NCBI GenBank assembly: GCA_965207805.1
Contig: OZ242312.1
Span: 1,471,580-1,535,579, forward strand
Direction of reading: 5' to 3'
DNA length: 64,000 nt
From: Gemmatimonadota bacterium
GTDB lineage: Bacteria; Gemmatimonadota; Gemmatimonadetes; Palauibacterales; Palauibacteraceae
The position numbers were made by a program, and so were the translations under genes. This document shows, piece after piece, positions 9,305 to 18,383 of the stretch. Below the pieces are notes generated by a model. That model did not search any database and was not told where the DNA came from. It worked only from the letters and a program-made list of their open reading frames with translations. Positions within the stretch are counted from its first letter, which is position 1. Each line of letters starts with the position of its first letter.

Positions 9305-10514
9305 AGGAGAACGAGGGGCGATGGCGAAGGAAAAGTTCGAGCGAACGAAGCCGCACGTGAACGTGGGAACGATCGGTCACGTGGACCACGGGAAGACGAC
9401 GCTGACGGCGGCGATCACGCAGGTGCAGGCTCAGAAGGGATACGGGGAGTACGTGGCTTTCGACCAGATCGACAAGGCTCCCGAGGAGCGCGAGCGCGGG
9501 ATCACGATCGCGACGGCTCACGTGGAGTACGAGTCGGAGGGGCGTCACTACGCGCACGTGGACTGTCCGGGCCACGCGGACTACGTGAAGAACATGATCA
9601 CGGGCGCGGCTCAGATGGACGGCGCGATCGTGGTGGTGTCGGCGGCGGACGGTCCGATGCCGCAGACGCGGGAGCACATTTTGCTGGCCCGGCAGGTGAA
9701 CGTGCCGTACATCGTGGTGTTTTTGAACAAGGTGGACCAGGTCGATGACGAGGAGTTGCTGGACCTGGTGGAGCTGGAGGTTCGGGAACTGCTGAGCGAG
9801 TACGAGTTTCCGGGCGATGACGTGCCTGTGGTACGGGGCTCTGCGCTTCATGCGTTGGAGAGCGGGGACCCGGAGGCGGGGGAGACGGCGTGCATCGGGG
9901 AGTTGATGGAGGCGTTGGACAGCTACATCCCGGTTCCGGAGCGAGCGACGGACAAGCCGTTTTTGATGCCTGTGGAGGACGTGTTCACGATCACGGGCCG
10001 CGGGACGGTGGTGACGGGCCGGATCGAGCGGGGGGTGGTCAAGACGGGCGAGGGCGTGGAGTTGGTGGGCCTGGGCTCGGAGAAGAAGACGGTGGTGACG
10101 GGAGTGGAGATGTTCCGGAAGATCCTGGACGAGGGCCAGGCGGGAGACAACGCGGGGCTTCTGCTGCGCGGGGTGGCGAAGACGGAGGTGGAGCGCGGGA
10201 TGGTGGTCGCGCACCCTCAGTCGATCACTCCTCACCGGAAGTTTTCGGCGGAGGTGTACGTGCTGACGAAGAACGAGGGGGGACGGCATACGCCGTTCTT
10301 CAACGGATACCGTCCCCAGTTCTACTTCCGGACGACGGACGTGACGGGCTCGGCGGAGCTGCCCGAAGGGGTGGAGATGGTGATGCCGGGGGACAATGTG
10401 AACATGGCGGTGGAGCTGATCGCGCCGATCGCGATGGAGGAGAACCTCCGGTTCGCGATCCGCGAGGGAGGCCGGACGGTGGGCGCCGGGGTCGTCACCG
10501 CCATCCACGACTAG
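9305..10514 (+). repeat. 1210-bp direct repeat, copy 1 (tuf plus 16 nt of SD region); partner at 26033-27242
   Basis: Segments compared by eye are identical. All overlapping six-frame ORF translations on both strands are also identical between the two loci. Identity begins at AGGAGAACGAGGGGCG upstream of the ATG and ends at the TAG stop. Confidence 0.9.
9321..10514 (+). CDS. tuf: elongation factor Tu (copy 1)
   Basis: [28 protein letters not shown]..., 397 aa. The track start at 9015 runs through the tRNAs. Confidence 0.98.
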   Translation: MAKEKFERTKPHVNVGTIGHVDHGKTTLTAAITQVQAQKGYGEYVAFDQIDKAPEERERGITIATAHVEYESEGRHYAHVDCPGHADYVKNMITGAAQMDGAIVVVSAADGPMPQTREHILLARQVNVPYIVVFLNKVDQVDDEELLDLVELEVRELLSEYEFPGDDVPVVRGSALHALESGDPEAGETACIGELMEALDSYIPVPERATDKPFLMPVEDVFTITGRGTVVTGRIERGVVKTGEGVELVGLGSEKKTVVTGVEMFRKILDEGQAGDNAGLLLRGVAKTEVERGMVVAHPQSITPHRKFSAEVYVLTKNEGGRHTPFFNGYRPQFYFRTTDVTGSAELPEGVEMVMPGDNVNMAVELIAPIAMEENLRFAIREGGRTVGAGVVTAIHD

Positions 10515-10523
10515 GAAACGCAA

Positions 10524-10673
10524 ATGAGGGTTCGGATTACGCTCGAATGTACGGAGTGCAAAGAGCGCAACTATTCGACGACGAAGAATCGGCGGACCCA
10601 TCCGCAGCGGGCCGAACAGAAGAAGTACTGTCGCCGCTGTAACGGACACAGAACGCACAAAGAAACACGATAA
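10524..10673 (+). CDS. rpmG: 50S ribosomal protein L33 (Cys4 zinc-ribbon form)
   Basis: Not in the ORF track because it is under 60 aa. Hand translation gives [49 protein letters not shown], stopping at TAA 10671-10673. It sits between tuf and secE, the usual position. Confidence 0.92.
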   Translation: MRVRITLECTECKERNYSTTKNRRTHPQRAEQKKYCRRCNGHRTHKETR

Positions 10674-10682
10674 GGGATTCGA

Positions 10683-10889
10683 TTGGCCGGCATCGTCAGA
10701 AGAACCCAGGAGTTCGCGGAACAGGTACAGGTCGAGATGCGTCGGGTCACCTGGCCCGACAAGGATCAGTTGCGCGGTGCAACGATCGGCATCCTGATCT
10801 TCGTCTTCATCATGGCCATCGTCATCGGGGCCATGGATTCGGTCTTCGCGGCGTCCGTGCGTTTCGTCGTCAGGTCGTTCGGTGGTTGA
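10683..10889 (+). CDS. secE: preprotein translocase subunit SecE
   Basis: 68 aa with a TTG start. It has the conserved ...EMRRVTWPDKDQL... motif followed by a single TM helix, and lies between rpmG and nusG. Confidence 0.9.
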   Translation: MAGIVRRTQEFAEQVQVEMRRVTWPDKDQLRGATIGILIFVFIMAIVIGAMDSVFAASVRFVVRSFGG

Positions 10890-11463
10890 GTCCCCGGGCG
10901 CGGGAGCCGCGCAGACCGGTCTTCCCGAGGACGCGCTGCGCTGGTACGCGCTGCAGACGTACTCGGGCCACGAGAAGAAGGTAAAGACGCTGCTGGAGCA
11001 GAAGATCCAGGAGTATGGGGATGAGCCTCCGATTCGTGAGGTCATCGTCCCCACGCAGGAGGTCGTCGAGATCAAGGGAGGGAAGCGCGTCAAGTCGACG
11101 AAGCGGCTCTACCCGGGCTACGTGCTGATTCAGATGCTGCTGGACCAGAACACGATGTACGTCGTCAACAACGTCCCCGGCGTCATCAAGTTCGTGGGGA
11201 GCGGGAAAGATCCCCAGCCGCTCAAGACCGAGGAGATGAACAAGATCCTCGGCATCGCGGATGAACTCGAGCAGGCGGGTCCGGAAACGGAGATCCCCTT
11301 CCGGCCGGGACAGGTCGTGGAAGTCATGGAAGGACCGTTCAGCGATTTCAGCGGAACGGTGGAGGAAGTGTTTGCGGAGAAGGGCAAGGTGCGCGTGCAG
11401 GTGAGCCTGTTCGGACGCCCGACCTCGGTTGAACTGGACTACACGCAGCTGCAGGGGTTCTGA
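10882..11463 (+). CDS. nusG: transcription termination/antitermination factor NusG
   Basis: [18 protein letters not shown] domain and a C-terminal KOW domain ([21 protein letters not shown]). The GTG start overlaps the end of secE; the exact start is uncertain. Confidence 0.93.
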   Translation: MVESPGAGAAQTGLPEDALRWYALQTYSGHEKKVKTLLEQKIQEYGDEPPIREVIVPTQEVVEIKGGKRVKSTKRLYPGYVLIQMLLDQNTMYVVNNVPGVIKFVGSGKDPQPLKTEEMNKILGIADELEQAGPETEIPFRPGQVVEVMEGPFSDFSGTVEEVFAEKGKVRVQVSLFGRPTSVELDYTQLQGF

Positions 11464-11894
11464 TGCCGCCGAAGAAACAGGTTACCGGATTCATCAAGCT
11501 GCAGATTCCGGGGGGGCAGGCGAATCCGGCCCCGCCCGTGGGTCCTGCCCTGGGCCAGCACGGCCTCAACATCATGGACTTCTGCAAGGCGTTCAACGCG
11601 CAGACGCAGCAGGAAGCCGGCACGATCATCCCGGTCGAGATCACGGTCTACAAGGACCGGACGTTCAGCTTCATCACCAAGACGCCACCGGCGGTGGAGT
11701 TGCTGAAGAAGGAACTCGGTCTCGAGTCGGGTTCTCCGGTTCCGAACCGCGAGAAGGTCGGCAAGGTCACCGACGACCAGCTGCGCAGGATCGCCAGGAT
11801 CAAGATGAAGGATCTCAACGCGGCCGATGAAGAGGCTGCGATGCGGATGATCGCGGGCACCGCACGATCCATGGGGATCGAGCGGGCCGACTGA
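11463..11894 (+). CDS. rplK: 50S ribosomal protein L11
   Basis: [34 protein letters not shown]. The ATG overlaps the nusG stop. Confidence 0.97.
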   Translation: MPPKKQVTGFIKLQIPGGQANPAPPVGPALGQHGLNIMDFCKAFNAQTQQEAGTIIPVEITVYKDRTFSFITKTPPAVELLKKELGLESGSPVPNREKVGKVTDDQLRRIARIKMKDLNAADEEAAMRMIAGTARSMGIERAD

Positions 11895-11913
11895 TCGGGA
11901 GAGATCGGGAAAC

Positions 11914-12603
11914 ATGCCGAAACACGGCAAGAAATATCGCTCGGCCGTGGAGGCCGCTCCGTCGAACGGCGCCCTTGCGCCGCGCGAGGCGCTCGAGCGT
12001 GTGAAGAAATCGGCGTTCGCGAACTTCGACGAGACGGTCGAGGCCGCGGTACGCCTCGGCGTGGACCCCCGCAAGGCGGACCAGATCGTGCGCGGTACGG
12101 TCATCCTGCCTGCAGGCACGGGACGCAAGGTGCGCGTCCTCGCCCTCGTGAAGGCGGACCGGGCGGCCGAGGCGACCGAGGCCGGCGCGGACTACGTGGG
12201 CACCGACTACATCGAGCAGATTCAGGAGGGTTGGCTCGACTTCGACGTGGCGATCGCGACGCCGGATCTCATGAAGGATGTGGCCCGGCTGGGCCGGATA
12301 CTCGGCCCGCGCGGCCTCATGCCCACGCCGAAGGCCGGCACGGTCACCATGGACGTGAGCCGGGCCGTTCGCGAATCGAAGGCGGGCAAGATCGAATTCC
12401 GGGTGGACCGTACCGGAAACGTGCATGCGCCGATCGGAAAAGTGAGCTTCGAACTCGACCAGCTGAGCGAGAATCTCGATGCGCTCATGGACGAGATCGT
12501 GCGGTTGAAGCCCGCCGCGTCGAAGGGCCGGTATGTGAAGAGCGTGACCGTGACCAGCACGATGGGTCTCGGTGTTTCCGTCGACGAGGACCTGTACCGA
12601 TAG
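11914..12603 (+). CDS. rplA: 50S ribosomal protein L1
   Basis: 229 aa with clear L1 homology ([26 protein letters not shown]). Confidence 0.97.
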   Translation: MPKHGKKYRSAVEAAPSNGALAPREALERVKKSAFANFDETVEAAVRLGVDPRKADQIVRGTVILPAGTGRKVRVLALVKADRAAEATEAGADYVGTDYIEQIQEGWLDFDVAIATPDLMKDVARLGRILGPRGLMPTPKAGTVTMDVSRAVRESKAGKIEFRVDRTGNVHAPIGKVSFELDQLSENLDALMDEIVRLKPAASKGRYVKSVTVTSTMGLGVSVDEDLYR

Positions 12604-12607
12604 ATCC

Positions 12608-13132
12608 ATGAGACTCGAAGAAAAGCAGCGCGTCACGCAGGAACTCACTGCGCAGATCGAAGAGAGCGGGACGATCTACCTGACCGACTTCACCGGGCTG
12701 AACGTGAAGGCGATCACGGATTTCCGAACGCGACTCCGAGACGAGGGCCTCAGCTATCGGGTCGTGAAGAATTCCCTCATGAAGCGGGCGCTCGAGGATC
12801 TGGATCTCCCGGATCTGAGCGCCCACCTCGAGGGTCCGACGGGGCTCATCCTCAGCGACGCCGACCCGGTCGCGCCGGCCAGGGTGCTGAAGGAATTCGC
12901 GAAAGCGAACGAGGACCGGCCGGTGGTGAAGGTCGGCGTCATCAATCGGGTGGAAACGTCGCCGGAGGAAGTGGGGCGCATCGCCGATCTTCCCGCGCGC
13001 GAGGTTCTGCTCGGCAGCATCGCGGGCGGGCTCACGGCGAGCGTCGGCGGCATCGCCGGCGCTCTGAATGCGCTCTTCCGCGACATCGCAGACATGATCG
13101 AACAGGTCGGAAGGAAGAACGAGTCCGCCTGA
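12608..13132 (+). CDS. rplJ: 50S ribosomal protein L10
   Basis: The ATG at 12608 gives [13 protein letters not shown].... The track start at 12572 lies inside rplA. Confidence 0.93.
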   Translation: MRLEEKQRVTQELTAQIEESGTIYLTDFTGLNVKAITDFRTRLRDEGLSYRVVKNSLMKRALEDLDLPDLSAHLEGPTGLILSDADPVAPARVLKEFAKANEDRPVVKVGVINRVETSPEEVGRIADLPAREVLLGSIAGGLTASVGGIAGALNALFRDIADMIEQVGRKNESA

Positions 13133-13139
13133 GGTGGGG

Positions 13140-13166
13140 CGCATGCCCGTGACGTGCGGGCGTGCG
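13140..13166 (+). other. GC-rich RNA hairpin in the rplJ-rplL spacer
   Basis: 10-bp stem CGCATGCCCG/CGGGCGTGCG (one G-U pair) with a 7-nt loop. Function is unknown; it could be a processing or stability element. Confidence 0.35.
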
Positions 13167-13198
13167 GAATGCATACAGGATCCAGGGAACGGAAGAAC

Positions 13199-13573
13199 AT
13201 GTCCAAAATCGACGATCTTCTGCAGCAGATCGGCTCGCTGACGGTGCTCGAAGCCGCCGAGCTGAAAGACAAGATGGAGGAAACCTTCGGCGTGTCGGCC
13301 GCCGCGCCGGTCGCCGTCGCCGCCGCTCCCGGTGGCGGAGGGGACGCCGCCGAGGAGGAGCAGACGGAGTTCGATGTCGTCCTCACGGCGGTGGGCAGCA
13401 AGAAGATCCAGGTGATCAAGGTCGTACGCGAAGTGACGAGCCTGGGTCTCAAGGAGGCGAAAGCCGTCGTCGACAACGCCCCCGGACCCGTCAAGGAAGG
13501 CGTGTCCAAGGAGGAGGCGGAGGAGATCAAGGCCAAGCTCGAAGAGCAGGGCGCCACGGCGGATCTCAAGTAG
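13199..13573 (+). CDS. rplL: 50S ribosomal protein L7/L12
   Basis: The ATG at 13199 gives [32 protein letters not shown], followed by an Ala/Gly hinge and a C-terminal ...[14 protein letters not shown]. Confidence 0.97.
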   Translation: MSKIDDLLQQIGSLTVLEAAELKDKMEETFGVSAAAPVAVAAAPGGGGDAAEEEQTEFDVVLTAVGSKKIQVIKVVREVTSLGLKEAKAVVDNAPGPVKEGVSKEEAEEIKAKLEEQGATADLK

Positions 13574-13591
13574 CCACGCTGAAGAGCGTGG
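13574..13591 (+). terminator. small hairpin directly after the rplL stop (possible partial terminator/attenuator before rpoB)
   Basis: CCACGC-TGAAGA-GCGTGG immediately after the TAG at 13571-13573, with no U tract. By analogy, E. coli has a partial terminator between rplL and rpoB. Confidence 0.3.
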
Positions 13592-13620
13592 CAGGCCCCG
13601 GCGTCGATCATCCGATCGGT

Positions 13621-13648
13621 CCCGGACTGCGGAGATGCCGCAGCCGGG
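13621..13648 (+). other. 11-bp-stem hairpin in the rplL-rpoB spacer
   Basis: CCCGG(A)CTGCGG pairs with CCGCAGCCGGG around a 5-nt loop, with one bulged A. Confidence 0.3.
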
Positions 13649-13766
13649 CCGATGACGCAGGGGTCCGACCTCACACCGTGCACGAACCGGCGCGACCGCC
13701 CACGGGCGGTCCCCGGCATTTGCGCATCTTCCATGTACTCGCGGGGTTCCCCGCGGGAGGTACGAT

Positions 13767-16700
13767 TTGACGGCCAACGGCAGACCTGCGGTCTCGTTCG
13801 ACAAGCTCGCCCGCCCGATGCACATGCCGCATTTCCTGGATGTGCAGCGAGAGGCGTTCGAGCGTCTGCTGCAGTCGAAGGCGATGGACGAGGAACGTCG
13901 GGACCTCGGTCTCGAGCGTGTTTTTCGGGAGATCTTCCCGATTACGGACGTCAACGAGAACTTCTCGCTGGAGTTCGTCAGCTACTCTCTCGGAGAGCCG
14001 AAGTACGAGGTCGAGGAGTGCATCGAGCGCGACATGACGTACTCCGCGCCGCTGAAGGCGCGGCTCCGGCTGGTCATCTTCGAGACGGTCGGGAAGGACG
14101 ACGAAAAGCGTCCGGGCGACATCCTGGAGAAGGAAGTCTATCTCGGGGATCTGCCGCTCCTGACGGAGCAGGGAACGTTCGTCGTGAACGGAGCGGAGCG
14201 GGTCATCGTGAGCCAGCTTCATCGTTCCCCCGGCGTCGTGTTCGAAGAGACGCTGCACCCCAACGGCACGCGGCTTTTTTCGTCCCGGATCATCCCGTTC
14301 CGCGGATCCTGGGTTGAATTCACCCTCGACATCCACGACGTGATCCACGTCCACATCGACAAGAAGAAGAAATTCCCCGCCACCGCACTGCTGAGGGCGT
14401 TCGGCTATGGGCGGGACGTGGACATCCTCGAGTGTTTCTGCCGACGCCGGCTCGTGCGGATCGACCCGGAGAATGACGAGGAGTCGTCGACGCATCGCGA
14501 GGTCACGGGCACGCTGGTGGCTCGGAGCATCGCGAACCCCGACTTCGGGGAGGATCCCGAGGCGCTGGAACTGCGCGGCTACGAGCCCGCTCCGGACGCG
14601 CCGCACTGGCTGGCGGACGATCTTCCCGGCGCGGATGGCGGGGAGCCGGTTGCGGCCCTCGGCGATCGGCTCGACGCGGAGTTGATTCAGCGCATCCTCG
14701 ACCAGGAGATCACGAGTGTCGAGGTGTTCGGAGAGGAAGACGCCTTCATCGTGCGCCGCGGGGAGATGTTGGGCGAGGAAGCCCTCGAACGCCTCGTGCG
14801 CGCGGGCGTGTCGGAGGTCGAGGTGTACTCGAGCGCGACGTTCGTACCGCTGCGCGGGACCTACGAGGATCTGGCGATGCGCCGCGACTGGAGTTCGAGT
14901 CCGCAACTCGCCGCCGACGTCGTGGCCGAGGACACCGGAGAAGTCCTGGCCGAGAAGGGCGCGCGCTTCGATTCGAGCCTGTTCGCGAAGCTCAAGGCGG
15001 AGAAGGCCCGCGAGGCTCTCGTGTTCACGGGTGGTCCGCGCGGGGAGTCCCCGCTGTTGCGCAATACGCTCGCGAAGGATCCGACGGCGAGCGAGGCGGC
15101 CGCGCTGCACTCCATCTATTCTCTCGTCCGGCCCGGCGAGGCGCCGAACCTGGCGACGGCCCGGGGCGCGCTCGATCGGCTCTTCTTCAACCCGAAGCGA
15201 TACGACCTGGGTCGGGTGGGGCGACACAAGATCAACCACCGGCTCAAGGACGTGTACCGGCTGCTCGGCCTCGATATCCCCGCGGGCGATCTCGTGGTGC
15301 TGGACCCGTCCGACTTCGTGGCGATCGTCCGCTACCTGGTCGAACTGCACGAGGGCCGCGGATACACGGACGACATCGATCACCTGGGGAACCGCCGCGT
15401 GCGGTCCATCGGCGAACTCATCGCAAACCAGTTTTCCGTCGGACTGTCGCGCATGGCCCGCCTGGTGCGGGAGCGGATGTCGATCAACAGCGACCCCGAG
15501 AAGATCTCCATCGACGACCTCGTGAACGCGCGCACGGTAAGCGCCGTCATCCAGGCCTTCTTCGGGAGTTCGCAGCTGAGCCAGTTCATGGACCAGACGA
15601 ACCCGCTCTCGGAACTCACGCACAAGCGACGCCTGAGCGCGCTGGGTCCGGGTGGGCTGACGCGGGAGCGCGCGGGCTTCGAAGTGCGGGACGTGCACTA
15701 CTCGCACTACGGGCGGATGTGTCCGATCGAGACCCCGGAGGGCCCGAACATCGGCCTCATCACCTCGGTGACCACCTACTCCCGTCTGAACGAGCTGGGC
15801 TTCCTCGAAACCCCCTACCGCAGGGTGGTCAACGAGCAGGTCTCCCAGGACGAAATCGTCTGGCTCTCGGCGAGCGAGGAGGAGGAGTACTCGGTCGCGC
15901 AGGCGAACGCCGAACTCAACCCCGACGGGACGTTCGCCCGCTCGCTCGTCCTCTGTCGGCGGCGTGACGACTATCCGCTGCTGCCGCCGGACGAGATCGA
16001 CTTCATGGATGTGGCGCCCGATCAGTTGGTGGCGGTGTCGCCGGCGCTCATTCCGTTCCTCGAGCACGATGACGCGAACCGGGCGCTGATGGGATCGAAC
16101 ATGCAGCGGCAGGCCGTGCCGCTTCTCTTCCCGGAGCGTCCGCTCGTGGGTACGGGTCTGGAGGGCAAGGTGGCCCGGGACTCCGGCGCGGTGGTGCTTG
16201 CGCGCCGCGCCGGGACGGTGACTCGGGTCACGGCGGACGAAGTCGAGGTCGACACCGGCAAGCCCCGCCGGGCGGCCGGCGAGATCCCCCTCGCCCGCCT
16301 CACGCAGTACGACTCCTATCGGCTCAGGAAGTTCTGGCGCACGAATCAGGACACGGCGATCAACCAGCGGCCGATCGTCCGGGTCGGGGACCGCGTGGAA
16401 GCGGGCGATGTGATCGCGGACGGCGCCGGCACCGACGGCGGTTCGCTCGCGCTCGGCCGCAACGCGCTCGTCGCTTTCATGCCGTGGTTCGGACACAATT
16501 TCGAGGACGCCATCGTGATCAGCGAGAAGCTGGTCAAGGGAGACGTCTACACGTCGGTCCACATCCAGGAGCTCGAACTCCACGTCCGGGACACGAAACG
16601 CGGGATGGAGGAGATCACGCGCGAGATCCCCAACGTGGCCGAGGAAGCGCTCGTCGACCTCGACGACCGGGGGATCGTCCGCATCGGCGCCGCGGTTCGC

Positions 16701-18365
16701 TCGGGAGACATCCTCGTCGGCAAGATCACGCCGAAGGGGGAGACAGAGCTTTCCCCGGAAGAAAAGCTGCTGACGGCGATCTTCGGAGAGAAGGCGAAGG
16801 ATGTGAAGGACAGTTCGCTGCGCGTTCCCCCAGGCGTTGAAGGGACCGTGATCGACGTCAAGATCTTCTCGAGGCGAATCGACGATCCTCTGCTGGAACG
16901 GGAGCACGGCGAGCGAATCGCTGAACTGCGCGAAGGCGAGCGCGAAGAAATCGCACGGGTGATGGAGGCCCGGGACGAGGAGATCCTGGAACTGCTTCAG
17001 GGGGAGACGGTGGTGCTGTGCCTCGGCCGGGGCTCCCTCGAACCGCTGTTCGCCGAGGGCACCAAGCTGACGAAGACGAAGCTTCGGAGCATCGACCTGG
17101 GAGAGATCGACCTCTCGACGCTGAAGGTGAAGACGGAGAAGTCGAACGATCTGATCCGCCGCGTCGAGGCCGAGGCTCGCACGCGAGTGGAACGGATACG
17201 CGAGCGCACGGAAGAGGGAATCGACAAGATCTTCCAGCCCGACGAGTTGTCCCCGGGTGTCGTCCAGCTCGTGAAGGTCTACCTCGCGGAGAAGCGAAAG
17301 ATCTCGGTGGGAGACAAGATGGCCGGCCGGCACGGGAATAAGGGCATCATCGCCCGCGTGGTTCCCGAAGAGGACATGCCGGTCCTCCCCGACGGTCAGT
17401 CCATCGAGATCGTACTCAACCCGCTCGGCGTACCGAGCCGGATGAACGTGGGACAGATTCTCGAGACCACGCTGGGCTGGGCGGCCCGGGCTCTCGGCTT
17501 CGAGGCGAATACGCCCGTCTTCCAGGGAGCGACCGAGCATGAGATCGGCGCCCTCCTGAAGATCGGGGGGGCCTACTGGGCGGCTCGCACGCTCGGATCG
17601 GACGTGGAACCGCCCGAACTGTCCTACGAGGGGATTCAAACGCTCGTCAACGAGATTCAGGCCCGGGCAGGAGACGATCCGGTTTCGGATGACCCGGCCA
17701 GTCTCGGACGCACGCTCGACGCCTATCTCGAGGGAGGAGGCGAGCTCGCCTCGTACCTGCGGAGCCTGGCCTCCTTCGTCCTCCGGGTCGTGCGCGATGT
17801 TTCAGGCGCGACTACGGCCGCGAAGCTGGAGTCCGAGGGCTGGCCGAAGACCGCCGCGCTCTCGGGGCGGCGCAAGATCACCTCGGGCGTGGACGCGGCC
17901 GTCGTCGAGCTCATGGAGCGCGCGGGGCTGCGTTCGAACGGCAAGATGAGGCTGCGCGACGGTCGCACGGGCGATGAGTTCGTGGCGGACATCGCGGTCG
18001 GCGAGATCTACATGATGAAGCTCTCACACCTCGTCGACGACAAGATCCACGCCCGCTCCATCGGTCCCTACAGCCTTGTCACGCAGCAGCCGCTGGCCGG
18101 CAAGGCGCAGTTCGGAGGGCAGCGCTTCGGCGAGATGGAGGTGTGGGCGCTGGAAGCCTACGGCGCGGCCCACACGCTGCAGGAGATGCTGACCGTCAAG
18201 TCGGATGACGTGACGGGACGGAGCCGGGTGTACGAGGCGATCGTGAAGGGCGACAACCTGCCCAAGCCGGGGGTGCCCGAGAGCTTCAACGTGCTCGTCA
18301 AGGAACTACAGGCGCTGGGGCTGAGCGTGACGCTCGGCGGCGACGAGTCGGAGCCGCTGTTCTAG
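13767..18365 (+). CDS. rpoB: DNA-directed RNA polymerase subunit beta
   Basis: 1532 aa. The TTG start has a GGAGG 6 nt upstream, and the conserved N-terminal RPAVSFDK lies upstream of the first ATG. The rifampicin region GSSQLSQFMDQTNPLSELTHKRRLSALGPGGL matches the sensitive E. coli sequence as I recall it. The C-terminal GEMEVWALEAYGAA motif is present. Confidence 0.98.
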   Translation: MTANGRPAVSFDKLARPMHMPHFLDVQREAFERLLQSKAMDEERRDLGLERVFREIFPITDVNENFSLEFVSYSLGEPKYEVEECIERDMTYSAPLKARLRLVIFETVGKDDEKRPGDILEKEVYLGDLPLLTEQGTFVVNGAERVIVSQLHRSPGVVFEETLHPNGTRLFSSRIIPFRGSWVEFTLDIHDVIHVHIDKKKKFPATALLRAFGYGRDVDILECFCRRRLVRIDPENDEESSTHREVTGTLVARSIANPDFGEDPEALELRGYEPAPDAPHWLADDLPGADGGEPVAALGDRLDAELIQRILDQEITSVEVFGEEDAFIVRRGEMLGEEALERLVRAGVSEVEVYSSATFVPLRGTYEDLAMRRDWSSSPQLAADVVAEDTGEVLAEKGARFDSSLFAKLKAEKAREALVFTGGPRGESPLLRNTLAKDPTASEAAALHSIYSLVRPGEAPNLATARGALDRLFFNPKRYDLGRVGRHKINHRLKDVYRLLGLDIPAGDLVVLDPSDFVAIVRYLVELHEGRGYTDDIDHLGNRRVRSIGELIANQFSVGLSRMARLVRERMSINSDPEKISIDDLVNARTVSAVIQAFFGSSQLSQFMDQTNPLSELTHKRRLSALGPGGLTRERAGFEVRDVHYSHYGRMCPIETPEGPNIGLITSVTTYSRLNELGFLETPYRRVVNEQVSQDEIVWLSASEEEEYSVAQANAELNPDGTFARSLVLCRRRDDYPLLPPDEIDFMDVAPDQLVAVSPALIPFLEHDDANRALMGSNMQRQAVPLLFPERPLVGTGLEGKVARDSGAVVLARRAGTVTRVTADEVEVDTGKPRRAAGEIPLARLTQYDSYRLRKFWRTNQDTAINQRPIVRVGDRVEAGDVIADGAGTDGGSLALGRNALVAFMPWFGHNFEDAIVISEKLVKGDVYTSVHIQELELHVRDTKRGMEEITREIPNVAEEALVDLDDRGIVRIGAAVRSGDILVGKITPKGETELSPEEKLLTAIFGEKAKDVKDSSLRVPPGVEGTVIDVKIFSRRIDDPLLEREHGERIAELREGEREEIARVMEARDEEILELLQGETVVLCLGRGSLEPLFAEGTKLTKTKLRSIDLGEIDLSTLKVKTEKSNDLIRRVEAEARTRVERIRERTEEGIDKIFQPDELSPGVVQLVKVYLAEKRKISVGDKMAGRHGNKGIIARVVPEEDMPVLPDGQSIEIVLNPLGVPSRMNVGQILETTLGWAARALGFEANTPVFQGATEHEIGALLKIGGAYWAARTLGSDVEPPELSYEGIQTLVNEIQARAGDDPVSDDPASLGRTLDAYLEGGGELASYLRSLASFVLRVVRDVSGATTAAKLESEGWPKTAALSGRRKITSGVDAAVVELMERAGLRSNGKMRLRDGRTGDEFVADIAVGEIYMMKLSHLVDDKIHARSIGPYSLVTQQPLAGKAQFGGQRFGEMEVWALEAYGAAHTLQEMLTVKSDDVTGRSRVYEAIVKGDNLPKPGVPESFNVLVKELQALGLSVTLGGDESEPLF

Positions 18366-18383
18366 CGAACAAGAGGGTGACAG

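Noticed and set aside
9042-9320. Expected extra tRNAs (Gly/Thr before tuf; Trp between rpmG and secE at 10674-10682), plus an 11-bp tandem duplication TCGATCGGGCG x2 at 9092-9113
   Set aside because: No further cloverleaf could be folded in these spacers, and the rpmG-secE gap is only 9 nt. The tandem repeat has only two short units and no evident function.
9174-11093. Long antisense ORF over tuf/rpmG/secE/nusG, with a near-duplicate at 25893-27575
   Set aside because: The duplication simply reflects the tuf repeat. Both are antisense to strongly supported genes and have His/Arg/Leu-rich nonsense composition.
14410-15200. Long rpoB segment between the FPATALLRAFGYG and FNPKRYDLGRVGRHK motifs, considered as a novel insertion
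   Set aside because: It falls at the position where E. coli beta already has a large lineage-specific insertion of comparable size, so it is not unusual. The same applies to the segment around 16880-17300.
13671-17639. 1322-aa ORF antisense to rpoB
   Set aside because: It is the mirror frame of a well-supported gene in a high-GC genome, where stop codons are rare. The translation is Arg/Pro/Leu/His-rich and low in complexity, with no recognisable motifs.
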